Assembly (NCBI GenBank): GCA_963789955.1
Contig: CAWBMV010000006.1
Coordinates: 384,001-448,000, forward strand
DNA from: an uncultured Candidatus Rokubacteria bacterium
GTDB lineage: Bacteria > Methylomirabilota > Methylomirabilia > Rokubacteriales > CSP1-6
Reading direction: 5' to 3'
Length of the DNA: 64,000 nucleotides
Part shown: in pieces, positions 54,480 to 64,000 of the stretch
How positions within the stretch are numbered: the first letter of the stretch is position 1
How the letters are laid out: every line of letters starts with the position of its first letter
Made by a program: the position numbers and the translations under genes
Notes under the pieces: generated by a model
Told to the model about the DNA's origin: nothing
Seen by the model: the letters and a program-made list of their open reading frames with translations, nothing else
Databases searched by the model: none

Positions 54480-55075
54480 ATGATGGCGAAGGCAGGAGTA
54501 GGCGCACTCGGCGCGGCGCTCCTAGCCGTTCTGGTCTTCCTGGCGATCTCGTCGTGGAGCCGCCAGCCGGCCGCCGCCGCGAAGCCTTCGGCGCAGCCCA
54601 TCAACTTTCCGCACAACGTCCACGCCGGCACCTACAAGATCGATTGCCAGTACTGTCACAGCGACGCGCGCCGCTCCGAGTACGCGGGGCTTCCGTCCGT
54701 CGAGCGCTGCATGGGATGCCACAAGATCGCCGGCGCGGCCTTGCCGGAGGTGAAGAAGCTCGCCGAATACCAGGCGAAGAAGGAGCCGATTCCCTGGGTG
54801 CGCGTGAACAAGCTGCCGGAGTTCACGTACTTTCCGCACAAGGCGCACATCCGCGCCGGCCTGCAAGTGTCAGGGCTGTCATGGTCCCGTGGAAACGATG
54901 ACGACCTTCGCGGCGCGAGACCGGCCCGAAGCTGACGGTCGACCTGCTGCATCTCGTGGGCTTCAAGCCCGCGCCGCCGCCCCTGACGATGGGCTGGTGC
55001 GTGGAGTGCCATCGCCAGCAGAACGAGACGGCCGGCAAACATGCGCCGCTCGACTGCGTGACCTGCCACCATTGA
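54480..55075 (+). CDS. actA: alternative complex III pentaheme cytochrome c (frameshifts)
   Basis: QPINFPH; CQYCH, CMGCH, CQGCH, CVECH, CVTCH across frames; LTMGWC. Confidence 0.85.
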
Positions 55076-55125
55076 AAAACGGAGCCGGTGAGCTCGCGCC
55101 GCCCGCGATCCGGAGAACCCGGTAG

Positions 55126-58026
55126 ATGAATCGACGCGACTTCTTCAAGATCGTCACGGTGTCCGGCGCCGCGGCCGCGTCCGGCGGCTGCCAGCAGGCG
55201 AGCGAGACGATTCTTCCGCTGGTCGTGCCGAACGAGCAGCTCGTGCCGGGTGTCGCGTCCTGGTTCGCCACGGTCTGCCGTGAGTGCCCGGCGGGGTGTG
55301 GAGTCATCGCGCGCAATCGCGAAGGACGCATCGTCAAGCTCGAGGGGAACCCGGATCATCCCGTCAACGCGGGCGCGCTCTGCATGCGCGGCCAGGCGGC
55401 CCTGCAGAGGCTCTACCATCCCGACCGGATCGCGGGCCCGCTCGTTCGCGAGGGAAGCGCCGGCTTCAAGTCCGCGACGTGGGACGCCGCGAGCAAGATG
55501 GTCTCCGATCGCATCGCCGCGCTCAAGACGGGCGGCAAGGGACGGGCGATCGCGGTCGTCACGCAGCTCGAGAACGGCAGCCTGGGCGGGATGCTCGACC
55601 GCTGGGTCCAGGCGCTCGGCGCGCGCCCGCGGGTCACCCTGGAGCCGTTCGCGTACGAGTCGATTCGCGCCGCGAACCGGCTCACGTTCAATCGCGACGC
55701 GATCCCGTACTACGCCTTCGAAGACGCCGAGGTGGTGCTGTCGTTCGGCGCGGACTTCATCGAGACCTGGCTCTCGAACGTCAACTACGCGCGTACGTTC
55801 GCGCGCATGCACTCGTTCAGGGACGGACGCGCCGGCACGTTCATCCACGTCGAGCCTCGCCAGTCGCTGACGGCGTCGAACGCCGACGAGTGGGTCAGGA
55901 ACGCGCCCGGGACCGAAGGGCTGCTCGCCCTCGCGATCCTCCGCGTCATGGTGGACGAGGGGACGGCGGACAAGCGATTCAGCGACGCGGTCGCGTCGGT
56001 CGATCTCAAGCGCGCCTCGGACGAGAGCGGAGTCGGCATCGAGACGATCAAGCACATCGCGAAGGTGTTCGCCCACGGCAAGCCCGGGCTCGCGGTCGGC
56101 GGCGGCGTCTCCGTCACCGGCACCAACGCGACCCAGACGCAGGTCGCGATCAATCTCCTGAACGCGGCGGCGGGCAACGTCGGCAAGACCGTGCGGTTCG
56201 GCGCCGACTCGGCCTACGGGAAGGTCACCCCGTATGCGGAGGTGGCCAGCCTCGCGGGCGCGATGGCGAACGGCGAGGTCGAGGTGCTCATCCTGGGCCC
56301 GGGCGTGAACCCGGCCTTCACCTTGCCCTCCGGGCTCAAGCTGGCCGACGCGATCCGCAAGGTCGCGCTGGTCGTCAGCTTCGCGAACGTTCCCGACCAG
56401 ACCAGCGAGCTCGCCCACGTCGTCCTGCCCGACACGCACTGGCTCGAGTCGTGGGGCGACTACTCGCCGCGTGAGGGCGTGGTCGGATTCCTCCAGCCGA
56501 CGATGTCCCCGATCCGCGATTCGCGGCCGATGGGCGACACGCTCCTTCGCATCGGGCGGGCGGCGCTCGGCGCCGAGGAAGGCAAGGGGCCGATCCCGTG
56601 GCCGACCTTCGAGCAATATGTGAAAGCAGCTTGGGCCCCGCTGATTAAGGGAGAGCTCGAGGGCGCCCTTCGACGCGGCGGCCTCTTCGGCGAGGTCGCG
56701 CCGGCGGCGGTGACCTTGAAGATCGCCGGCGGCGATCCGGCGCCCGCGAAGCTCGACGGCGACGGCAGCGGTCTGACGCTTCTCGCGTATCCGTCGCTCA
56801 GGTTCTACGACGGGCGAAGCGCGATCAGCTCGTGGCTCCAGGAAGCGCCGGATTCGATGACGCAGGCGGTCTGGGACGCGTGGGTCGAGATCTCGACCGA
56901 GACCGCCGCCAAGCTCGGCGTCACGCGCGGCGACATGGTCGCGGTGAAATCGTCTCAAGGGACGATCGAGCTGCCCGCGTACATCTCGCCGACCCTCCAT
57001 CCCTCGGCCGTCGCGATTCCTATGGGCCACCGCTACGCGCCCTATCAGCGCCCGCGATACGTCGCCGCCGACACGAAATCGGTGAACCCGATGGACATCC
57101 TGCCGGCCACGCCCGACCCGGCGTCCGGCGGGCTGGCGTTCATGAGCGTGAAGGTGACCCTGACGAAGCTCGGCACGCGCCGTCCGCTCGCCGTGCTGCA
57201 GGCGACGCACGATCAGGACGATCGCGAGCTGGCGCAGCACGTCGATCTCGGCGCGGCGCGCGAGCAGGCGCTGCGCGGCCGCGGCGCGGAGACACCGCAT
57301 CCCACCCTGTACGAGGAGCAGAAATATCCCGGCCCGCGCTGGGGCATGACGATCGACGTCGACGCCTGCGTGGGCTGCCAGGCGTGCGTGACCTCCTGCC
57401 AGGCCGAGAACAACGTGCCGATCGTCGGCAAGGCGTCGGCGGCCTACGGCCGTCAGCTCAACTGGATCCGCATCGAGCGCTGGGCGGACGGCAAGCCCGA
57501 GCATCCGACGAACATGTTCCTGCCGATGCTCTGCCAGCACTGCGAGGTCGCGCCGTGCGAGCCCGTATGTCCCGTGTACGCGGCGTACCGGACCGAGGAA
57601 GGGCTCAACGGGCAGGTCTACAACCGCTGCGTGGGGACACGGTACTGCGGCAACAACTGCCCGTACCACGTGCGTCGATTCAACTGGTTCCAGTACGAGT
57701 TCCCGACGCCGCTCGAGGTCCAGCTGAACCCGGACGTCACCGTCCGCCAGCTCGGCGTGATGGAGAAGTGCACGATGTGCATGCAGCGCATCATCGCCGG
57801 CAAGGATCGGGCGAAGGACGAGAAGCGCGCGGTCCGAGACGGCGACATCCAGACGGCGTGCCAGCAGACGTGCCCGACGCAGGCGATCACGTTCGGCAAC
57901 CTCAAGGACGAGGCAAGCACGGCGGCGAAGCTGACGCATTCGCCGCGCGCGTATCACGTCCTGGAAGAGGTGGGCACGCGGCCCTCGATCACCTATCTCC
58001 GCAAGGTCGTGCGCGGACACGCGTGA
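55126..58026 (+). CDS. actB: alternative complex III molybdopterin-oxidoreductase-like/Fe-S subunit
   Basis: Tat signal RRDFFK with a following Cys; KLEGNPDHP; C-terminal Fe-S motifs including CVGTRYC, GVMEKCTMC. Confidence 0.9.
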   Translation: MNRRDFFKIVTVSGAAAASGGCQQASETILPLVVPNEQLVPGVASWFATVCRECPAGCGVIARNREGRIVKLEGNPDHPVNAGALCMRGQAALQRLYHPDRIAGPLVREGSAGFKSATWDAASKMVSDRIAALKTGGKGRAIAVVTQLENGSLGGMLDRWVQALGARPRVTLEPFAYESIRAANRLTFNRDAIPYYAFEDAEVVLSFGADFIETWLSNVNYARTFARMHSFRDGRAGTFIHVEPRQSLTASNADEWVRNAPGTEGLLALAILRVMVDEGTADKRFSDAVASVDLKRASDESGVGIETIKHIAKVFAHGKPGLAVGGGVSVTGTNATQTQVAINLLNAAAGNVGKTVRFGADSAYGKVTPYAEVASLAGAMANGEVEVLILGPGVNPAFTLPSGLKLADAIRKVALVVSFANVPDQTSELAHVVLPDTHWLESWGDYSPREGVVGFLQPTMSPIRDSRPMGDTLLRIGRAALGAEEGKGPIPWPTFEQYVKAAWAPLIKGELEGALRRGGLFGEVAPAAVTLKIAGGDPAPAKLDGDGSGLTLLAYPSLRFYDGRSAISSWLQEAPDSMTQAVWDAWVEISTETAAKLGVTRGDMVAVKSSQGTIELPAYISPTLHPSAVAIPMGHRYAPYQRPRYVAADTKSVNPMDILPATPDPASGGLAFMSVKVTLTKLGTRRPLAVLQATHDQDDRELAQHVDLGAAREQALRGRGAETPHPTLYEEQKYPGPRWGMTIDVDACVGCQACVTSCQAENNVPIVGKASAAYGRQLNWIRIERWADGKPEHPTNMFLPMLCQHCEVAPCEPVCPVYAAYRTEEGLNGQVYNRCVGTRYCGNNCPYHVRRFNWFQYEFPTPLEVQLNPDVTVRQLGVMEKCTMCMQRIIAGKDRAKDEKRAVRDGDIQTACQQTCPTQAITFGNLKDEASTAAKLTHSPRAYHVLEEVGTRPSITYLRKVVRGHA

Positions 58027-58030
58027 GCCG

Positions 58031-59373
58031 ATGAGCGACAACCGGACGACCGCTCCCACGTTCGCCGACGTCAACCGCGACGTCCTCCGGACCCTCGATC
58101 CGCCGGGCAACCTCTACTTCGCCTGGATGTGCTTCGTGGCGCTCCTGCTCGCCGGATTCTTCGGCGCCTGGACCGGCCAGGTCTGGTGGGGCATGGGCAT
58201 GGCCGGCAAGCGCGTGCCCCAGATGTGGGCGCTGTACATCACCACCTTCGTGTTCTGGATCGGTATCGGCCACGCCGGCACGTTGATCTCGGCCATCCTG
58301 TATCTGTTCCGCGCGCGCTGGCGGACGTCGATCTACCGCGGCGCCGAGGCGATGACGATCTTCGCGGTCATGACCGCCGGGCTGTTCCCGCTGATCCACG
58401 CCGGGCGGATGTGGTTCGCGTACTTCCTGTTGCCGTACCCGAACCAGCGCTTCCTCTGGCCGAACTTCCGCTCGCCGCTCGTGTGGGACGTGTTCGCGAT
58501 CTCGACCTACCTCTCGGTCAGCACGGTCTTCTTCATCGTCGGGCTGGTGCCGGACATCGCCGCGCTGCGCGACGCCTCGACCGGCTGGCGCCGGCGGATC
58601 TTCTCGATGCTGGCGCTCGGGTGGGAGGGCTCGGACACGCAGTGGCGCCACTACCGCCGCGCGTACGGCCTGCTGGCCTCGCTGGCGACGCCGCTCGTGC
58701 TCTCCGTGCACAGCGTCGTGTCCTGGGACTTCGCGATGGCGCTCGTCCCGGGCTGGCACTCGACGCTGTTCGCGCCGTTCTTCGTCGATGGCGCGATCTT
58801 CTCCGGCTTCGCGATGGTGCTGATCCTGATGCTGCCCATGCGGCACTTCTTCCACCTGCACGCGTACGTCACCGACAAGCATCTGGACGCGATGGGCAAG
58901 CTGATCCTGGTCACCGGCCTCGTCCTGACCTACTTCTACATCTGCGAGGTGTTCACGTCGCTCTACAGCGGCGAGCACATCGAGAAGGCGTCGCTCTTCT
59001 GGAAGGTGACGACAGACCTACGCGTGGGCGCTGTGGACGATGTACTTCTGCAACTGCGTGGCGCCGCTGATCCTCTTCTGGAAGCGGGCGCGCACGAGCC
59101 CGGTCATTCTGTACATCGTGTCGATCCTGGTGCTGATCGGGATGTGGTTCGAGCGCTTCAACATCATCGTCCCGTCGCTCGGCCACGACTTCTATCCGTA
59201 CACGTGGGGCATCTACTATCCGAGCCCCGACGGACACGATGATCGTGATCGGCAGCTTCTCGTTCTTCTTCCTGCTGTTCCTCGGCTTCATCAAGCTGAT
59301 GCCGTCGCTGTCGATCGTCGAGGTCAAGGAGACGATCCCGCCGCCGATCCGGGACAGAGCCCATGGCCACTGA
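58031..59373 (+). CDS. actC: alternative complex III NrfD-like quinol-binding subunit (frameshifts)
   Basis: FVFWIGIGHAGTLISAIL, NFRSPLVWD, SVHSVVSWDFA, MWFERF. Confidence 0.92.
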
Positions 59374-60008
59374 GACGGTCCTCGGCGTCTTCGCCCACGT
59401 CGACACGACGGTGCGCGCGCTCGAGGAGCTGCGCGCGCGCGGCTACCACGACCTCACGGTCTACACGCCGCTGCCCGTCCACGAGATCGAGGAGGTGCTC
59501 GAGCGCGACCGGCCGGTCAGCCGCGTGCGGCTCTTCACCCTGATCGGCGGGCTCACGGGAATCGCCTCGGCCTTCATCCTGACGATCTGGAGCTCGATGG
59601 TGTGGGGACTGGTCACCGGCGGCAAGTACATGCAACCGGTGAGCGGAGGCGGTCATCAGCGGCTCCTCGCTGCCGCCGTTCTTCATCATCGCGTTCGAGC
59701 TGATGGTGCTCTTCGCCGGGTTCGCGACGGTCATCGGCATGGTCGTGCTCGGGCGGCTCCCGCGGCTGCGGCCGAGCACGAGCTACGATCCGCGCTTCAC
59801 CAACGACCGCTTCGGCGTGGCCGTCCACTGCGCCCCCGAACGCGCCGCGTCGGTCCACGAGCTCCTCCGAGGAGCGGGCGCCGAAGAAGTCAAAGCCGCG
59901 ATGAAAAAAACGATCAGCCATCGGGTCAGATCGGGCGAGCGGAGCCACGCCGCACCTATCTCAGGCCACCCTCGGTCCAAGCCGGCCTCAAGGCCCCCGC
60001 TCCCATGA
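59363..60008 (+). CDS. actD: alternative complex III subunit D (frameshift near 59645; end uncertain)
   Basis: YTPLPVH, GGK, FELMVLF, YDPRFTNDRF. Confidence 0.85.
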
Positions 60009-60512
60009 AATACGTCTTCATCCTGATGCTGCTGGTGGTCGGCGCCGCCGCCGGAGCGTGGGGCGCGGCGATCGTCGTCCGCTGGAACGACAACATGACG
60101 CACACCGCGCGGATCATGCCGGGCGAGCGCGTGTTCTCGATGCCGCCGGGCGTGGTCCCGCGCGGCGGTGATCTGATCATCCCCAAGGAGCAGCGCGACG
60201 TCGCGGCCAAGCAGCCGAATCCGGTGAAGGCCTCCGAGGCCTCCGTGACGATCGGCAAGGAGCGCTTCGCGACCTTCTGCGTGCCCTGCCACGGTCCCGA
60301 AGGCGAAGGGTGGGACGAGCGGGCTCGTCGCGACGAAATTCATCCCGACGCCGGACCTGACGAACGCCGAGCTCCAGAAGCAGCGGACCGACGGCTACTG
60401 GCACAGCTACATCGTCGTGGGCGGGGCCGTGATGCCCGCGTACGGCGAGGCGCTGTCGACGCAAGAGGCATGGCACATCGTGAACTTCCTGCGGTCGATC
60501 GCCCAGAAATGA
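60005..60512 (+). CDS. actE: alternative complex III monoheme cytochrome c (frameshift near 60310)
   Basis: PPGVVPRG, CVPCHG, MPAYG, WHIVNFLR. Confidence 0.85.
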
Positions 60513-61618
60513 CGGTCTTCTGGAGTCTCGTCGCCGCGCTCGGCGCGGTCGTGTTCCTGGTCGGCGCGAACTCATCCGACGCCCAGCAGGTCTGGTCGAT
60601 CTATCTCGTGAACCTCGTGTTCTGGTCCGGGATCGCCGTGAGCGGACCGGCGATCGCGGGCATGATGCAGGTCACCGAGGCGCGCTGGTCCCCGAGCGTG
60701 CGGCGCATCGCGCTGACGACGGCCGGGTTCCTGCCGATCTCGTTCGTGCTCTTTCTCGTGCTGTACGCCGGTCAGACCGTTCTCTATCCGTGGGTCACGA
60801 AGCCGATCCCGGCGAAGGCCGCCTGGCTGAACGTGCCGTTCTTCTGGCTCAGGACGTACGTGCTCGCCGCGGTGCTCTTCGCCGTCTGCTTCGCGTTCGT
60901 GCGGGCGTTGCTGCGTGACGCGATCCCGCCGGACGACGAGCGCGAGCGCGCGCATCGCAACCGCATCGCGGTGATCTTGTTGATGCTCTGGCTCGTGACG
61001 GTCTCGCTCTGGGGCTTCGATCTGCTGATGTCGCTCGACCCGAGATGGTACAGCGGCCTCTACGGCGGGTACTTCGCGGTGAGCGCGCTCTACACCGCGT
61101 TCTGCCTCCTGTCGATCCTCACGGTCCGGACCAATGCCCGCGGGCGCGCCTCGATCCCGCCCGACGCGGTCCAGGACGTCGCCAAGCTGCAGTTCGCGCT
61201 CTCGATCGTCTGGATGTACTTCTTCTGGTCGCAGTACATCGTGATCTGGTATGGCAACGTGCCGGTCGAGACGCGATTCTTCATCCAGCGTGTCTTCGTG
61301 CAGCCGTGGATGACCCTGGCGTGGGTGGTGCTCGTGGTGGGCTGGCTGATCCCATTCGCGTATCTGCTCAAGCGACTCACCGGCCGGCCGCCGCAGCGAC
61401 ACGCCCCGCTCGTCGTGGTGGCGGTGTTCGGACTGGTGGGGATCTTCCTCGAGCGGGTCTTCCTCGTCTTTCCGTCGGTCTCATCCAGCCTGCACCTGCC
61501 GCTCACGCTCCGCGATCTCGCGATCACCGCCGGCTTCCTGGCGCTCTTCGTCCTGAGCCGCCGCTGGTTCTTCGGCTACTTCAAGCCCGTCCTCAATCTG
61601 CCGCACACCGGTCACTAG
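60509..61618 (+). CDS. actF: alternative complex III subunit F
   Basis: LYPW, WLN, DLLMSLDPRWYS, SQYIVIWYGN. Confidence 0.88.
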   Translation: MTVFWSLVAALGAVVFLVGANSSDAQQVWSIYLVNLVFWSGIAVSGPAIAGMMQVTEARWSPSVRRIALTTAGFLPISFVLFLVLYAGQTVLYPWVTKPIPAKAAWLNVPFFWLRTYVLAAVLFAVCFAFVRALLRDAIPPDDERERAHRNRIAVILLMLWLVTVSLWGFDLLMSLDPRWYSGLYGGYFAVSALYTAFCLLSILTVRTNARGRASIPPDAVQDVAKLQFALSIVWMYFFWSQYIVIWYGNVPVETRFFIQRVFVQPWMTLAWVVLVVGWLIPFAYLLKRLTGRPPQRHAPLVVVAVFGLVGIFLERVFLVFPSVSSSLHLPLTLRDLAITAGFLALFVLSRRWFFGYFKPVLNLPHTGH

Positions 61619-61637
61619 TCCTTCGCGTCACCGGGGA

Positions 61638-61766
61638 CCGAGGGGCGGGCTGGGATGCCCCCCGCGACCTGCGCGCGAAGACTGCAAAGAGACGAAACCA
61701 TTCGCTTGCAGTTCAAGTTGCCGTACCTACACAGGTCGCGGGGGGCATCCCCAGCCCGCCCCTCGG
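61638..61766. repeat. long inverted repeat element (REP/MITE-like)
   Basis: 34-bp arm 61638-61671 matches the reverse complement of 61732-61766 except for one extra C; 60-bp lower-GC spacer. Confidence 0.8.
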
Positions 61767-61794
61767 CCCCCTGCGCGTGTAGTAGAGTAACCGT

Positions 61795-63006
61795 GTGCTT
61801 ACCGTCGAGGACGCGCGCGAAGGGATTCTTTCACGCGTAGTGCCGCTATCAATCGAGCGCGTCGAGATCATGGCGGCGCTCGGGCGTGTGCTGGCCGAGC
61901 CCATCGTCTCGCGGGCGACGATTCCGCCGTGGCCGAATTCGTCGATGGACGGGTACGCCGTCCGGTCCACGGACACGAACGGAACCGTCGAGCTCGCCGT
62001 CGTCGGCCGGATCATCGCCGGCACCATGCCGTCCCGAGCGCTCGGGGCGGGCGAGTCGATGCGGATCTTCACCGGCGCGCCGCTTCCAGAGGGCGCCGAC
62101 GCGGTCGTGCCTCAGGAGGACGTCGCCGCCGACGGCGACCGGGTCACGGTCCGCGGACGCATCGCCCCCGGCGCCTACGTGCGCCCCGCGGGGGAGGACG
62201 TTCGGACCGGTGACGTGGTGGTCGAGCCCGGCGGCGTCATCGGCGCGGCGGAAGTGGGCCTTCTCGCGACGCTCGGGTACTCGCAGGTTCGTGTCTACCG
62301 CCGTCCGCGTGTCGCGATCCTTTCAACCGGCAACGAGCTCGCGGACCTCGGGACACAGCCGGGCCCGGCCCAGATTCCAAACACCAACACGTACTCGCTC
62401 ATGGCGCAGGTGATCGAAGCGGGAGCCGAGCCCGTCAACCTGGGCGTCGCGCCCGACCAGCTCGAGGCGATCATCGAGCGGGTGCGGTGGGGACTCAGGT
62501 CCGCCGACGTGCTCGTGACGTCCGCGGGCGTGTCGGTCGGAGAGCTCGATCTGGTCCGCGAGGCGCTCGAGCGGAGCGGCGCCGAGCTCCATCTGTGGCA
62601 GGTGTCGATGCGCCCGGGTAAGCCGATCACGTTCGGCACCCGCGGCACCCAGCCGGTCTTCGGGCTGCCCGGCAATCCCGTGTCCGCGATGGTGACGTTC
62701 GAGCTCTTCGTTCGCCCCGCCTTGCGACGGATGGCAGGCGCGCACGTGCTCGACCGTCCACGGCTTCGGGCACGCGCGATCGAGCCGATCGCGAACCCGG
62801 GATCGCGGCGCGGCTATCTCCGCGTCACCCTCAGGGAGGATGCGCAGGGCTACGGCGCGCAGCTCACCGGCGACCAGGGCTCGGCGATCCTGCGCTCCAT
62901 GGTGCTCGCCGACGGGCTCGCCGTCGTCGCTCCCGACACCACGATCGGCGCCGGCGAGGCGGTCGACGTCATCGTGCTGCGCTCACTCGAGCCGAGAACG
63001 CGCTGA
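61795..63006 (+). CDS. moeA: molybdopterin molybdotransferase
   Basis: SSMDGYAV, RIFTGAPLPEGADAV, STGNEL, GLPGNPVS. Confidence 0.95.
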   Translation: MLTVEDAREGILSRVVPLSIERVEIMAALGRVLAEPIVSRATIPPWPNSSMDGYAVRSTDTNGTVELAVVGRIIAGTMPSRALGAGESMRIFTGAPLPEGADAVVPQEDVAADGDRVTVRGRIAPGAYVRPAGEDVRTGDVVVEPGGVIGAAEVGLLATLGYSQVRVYRRPRVAILSTGNELADLGTQPGPAQIPNTNTYSLMAQVIEAGAEPVNLGVAPDQLEAIIERVRWGLRSADVLVTSAGVSVGELDLVREALERSGAELHLWQVSMRPGKPITFGTRGTQPVFGLPGNPVSAMVTFELFVRPALRRMAGAHVLDRPRLRARAIEPIANPGSRRGYLRVTLREDAQGYGAQLTGDQGSAILRSMVLADGLAVVAPDTTIGAGEAVDVIVLRSLEPRTR

Positions 63007-63048
63007 GGCGTTGACAGCGTTTTCTTTCGCGTGCTACGGTCGACACGG

Positions 63049-64000
63049 ATGAGCCGAGGCCTCTGCGTGTTGGCCGCGCTGGCGATTCTCGCTGGCGGCT
63101 GCGCGAGTCGGCGTGCGGTGGACCGACTCGAATCCGAAGTTGGGCGGCTCCGCTCGGAGCTCGCCGAGATGCGCGTCGCTCAAGAAGCCACCAGCCGCGG
63201 CGTCGCCACGATCACCTCCCAGCTTCAGTCGCTCGACATCCCGGCACTCGGAGACGAGGTCGGGCGGCTCAGCCGACGCGCCGATGCCAACGAGATGGCG
63301 ATCGCGGCCACGCGGACGCAAGTCGAAGCCCTCACGCCCCCGACAGGCAGTATCGGGCGCGCCGACTCCGACGCCGGCGCCCGCTCCAGCACCAGCCGGA
63401 ACGACGCGGGTCCCTGCGCCGTTGCCGCCAAGCTCCGCCGTGACGTCGCCGGTGCCACGCGCCGTTGCCGCCCGCTCCGACGGTGACGACCCCGGTCCCG
63501 GCGCCCGCGCCGTCCGGTCGAGCGTCGATCTCGCCACCGCCGGCTCCCGCGCCGCCGCCGGCCGCGACGATGTTGCCGTCGCCGACGCTATCCCCGACGT
63601 CGGCGCCGCCGCCGGCGGTCATACCGTCCAGCGCGGCCGTCGAGAAACCTCGCGTGACGCCGCCGCCGGCTCCGGTGGTGCCACCGGCGGCGACGACCGT
63701 CACGCCGGCGAAACCCGCTCAGAAGGCCGGCGGCAATCCGGAGCAGGAGTATGCCGCCGCGCTCGCCACGTATCGAGCGCGCGAGCACGGGCAAGCGGTG
63801 ATCGACTTCCTCGACTTCATCGCGAAGTATCCGAAGCATCCGCTGGCCGGCAACGCGCAGTACTGGATCGGCGAAGCGTACTGGGCGCAGCGAGACTACC
63901 GGCAGGCGCTCGTCGAGTTCGAGAAGGTGTTCGAGCACGGCCCACAGAAGGCGCCCGACGCGCAGCTCAAGATCGGTCTCTGCTATCTCCGCCTGGGCGA
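63049..64000 (+). CDS. cpoB: Tol-Pal associated CpoB/YbgF-like lipoprotein (frameshifted, 3' partial)
   Basis: Lipobox LAGGC, coiled coil, Pro-rich linker, TPR YPKHPLAGNAQYWIGE..KAPDAQLKIG. Confidence 0.8.

Noticed and set aside
54823..58110. Long antisense ORFs (e.g. 1095 aa, 868 aa, 652 aa)
   Set aside because: Shadow ORFs typical of high-GC DNA opposite well-supported genes; no recognisable motifs
59363..61618. 751-aa ActD-ActE-ActF fusion ORF
   Set aside because: Frameshifts join three genes; intervening stretches are off-frame and each gene has its own start
63330..63720. Low-complexity GC repeats
   Set aside because: Explained by the Pro/Ala-rich linker of the CpoB-like protein

Overview
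High-GC bacterial chromosomal segment, densely coding and mostly housekeeping or metabolic. Gene content and order suggest Methylomirabilota/Ca. Rokubacteria or a deltaproteobacteria-like lineage (inference only). About 20 or more single-base frameshifts break otherwise intact genes, including ilvB, psd and actA/C/D/E, which points to long-read assembly errors rather than pseudogenes. In order: (1) a TetR/beta-oxidation plus class III PHA cluster (phaC, phaE, phaJ, phaB, phaR, phasin, fadD); (2) SDR, ADH, methyltransferase, queF, EamA, ychF; (3) a RACo-MaoC-UroD/MT2-like operon divergent from an amidase with a small partner; (4) pdxR-pdxST; (5) an oxalate-oxidoreductase-like delta/alpha/beta operon with TTT transporter, TerC and FadR regulator; (6) ppdK-ilvBNC-psd-pssA-leuB-asd-truA, preceded by an unannotated Leu/Ile/Val leader-peptide attenuator; (7) ccsA-hemACDB-[rrf2-cysK-Ubl/JAMM fusion]-hemL; (8) alternative complex III actA-F; (9) a long inverted repeat, moeA and a partial cpoB. 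No rRNA, tRNA, CRISPR array or transposase was seen. Top leads: the attenuator over ppdK, the CoA-independent OOR-like system with its operator, the sulfur-carrier/JAMM protease fusion, and a shared palindromic operator at three PHA promoters.
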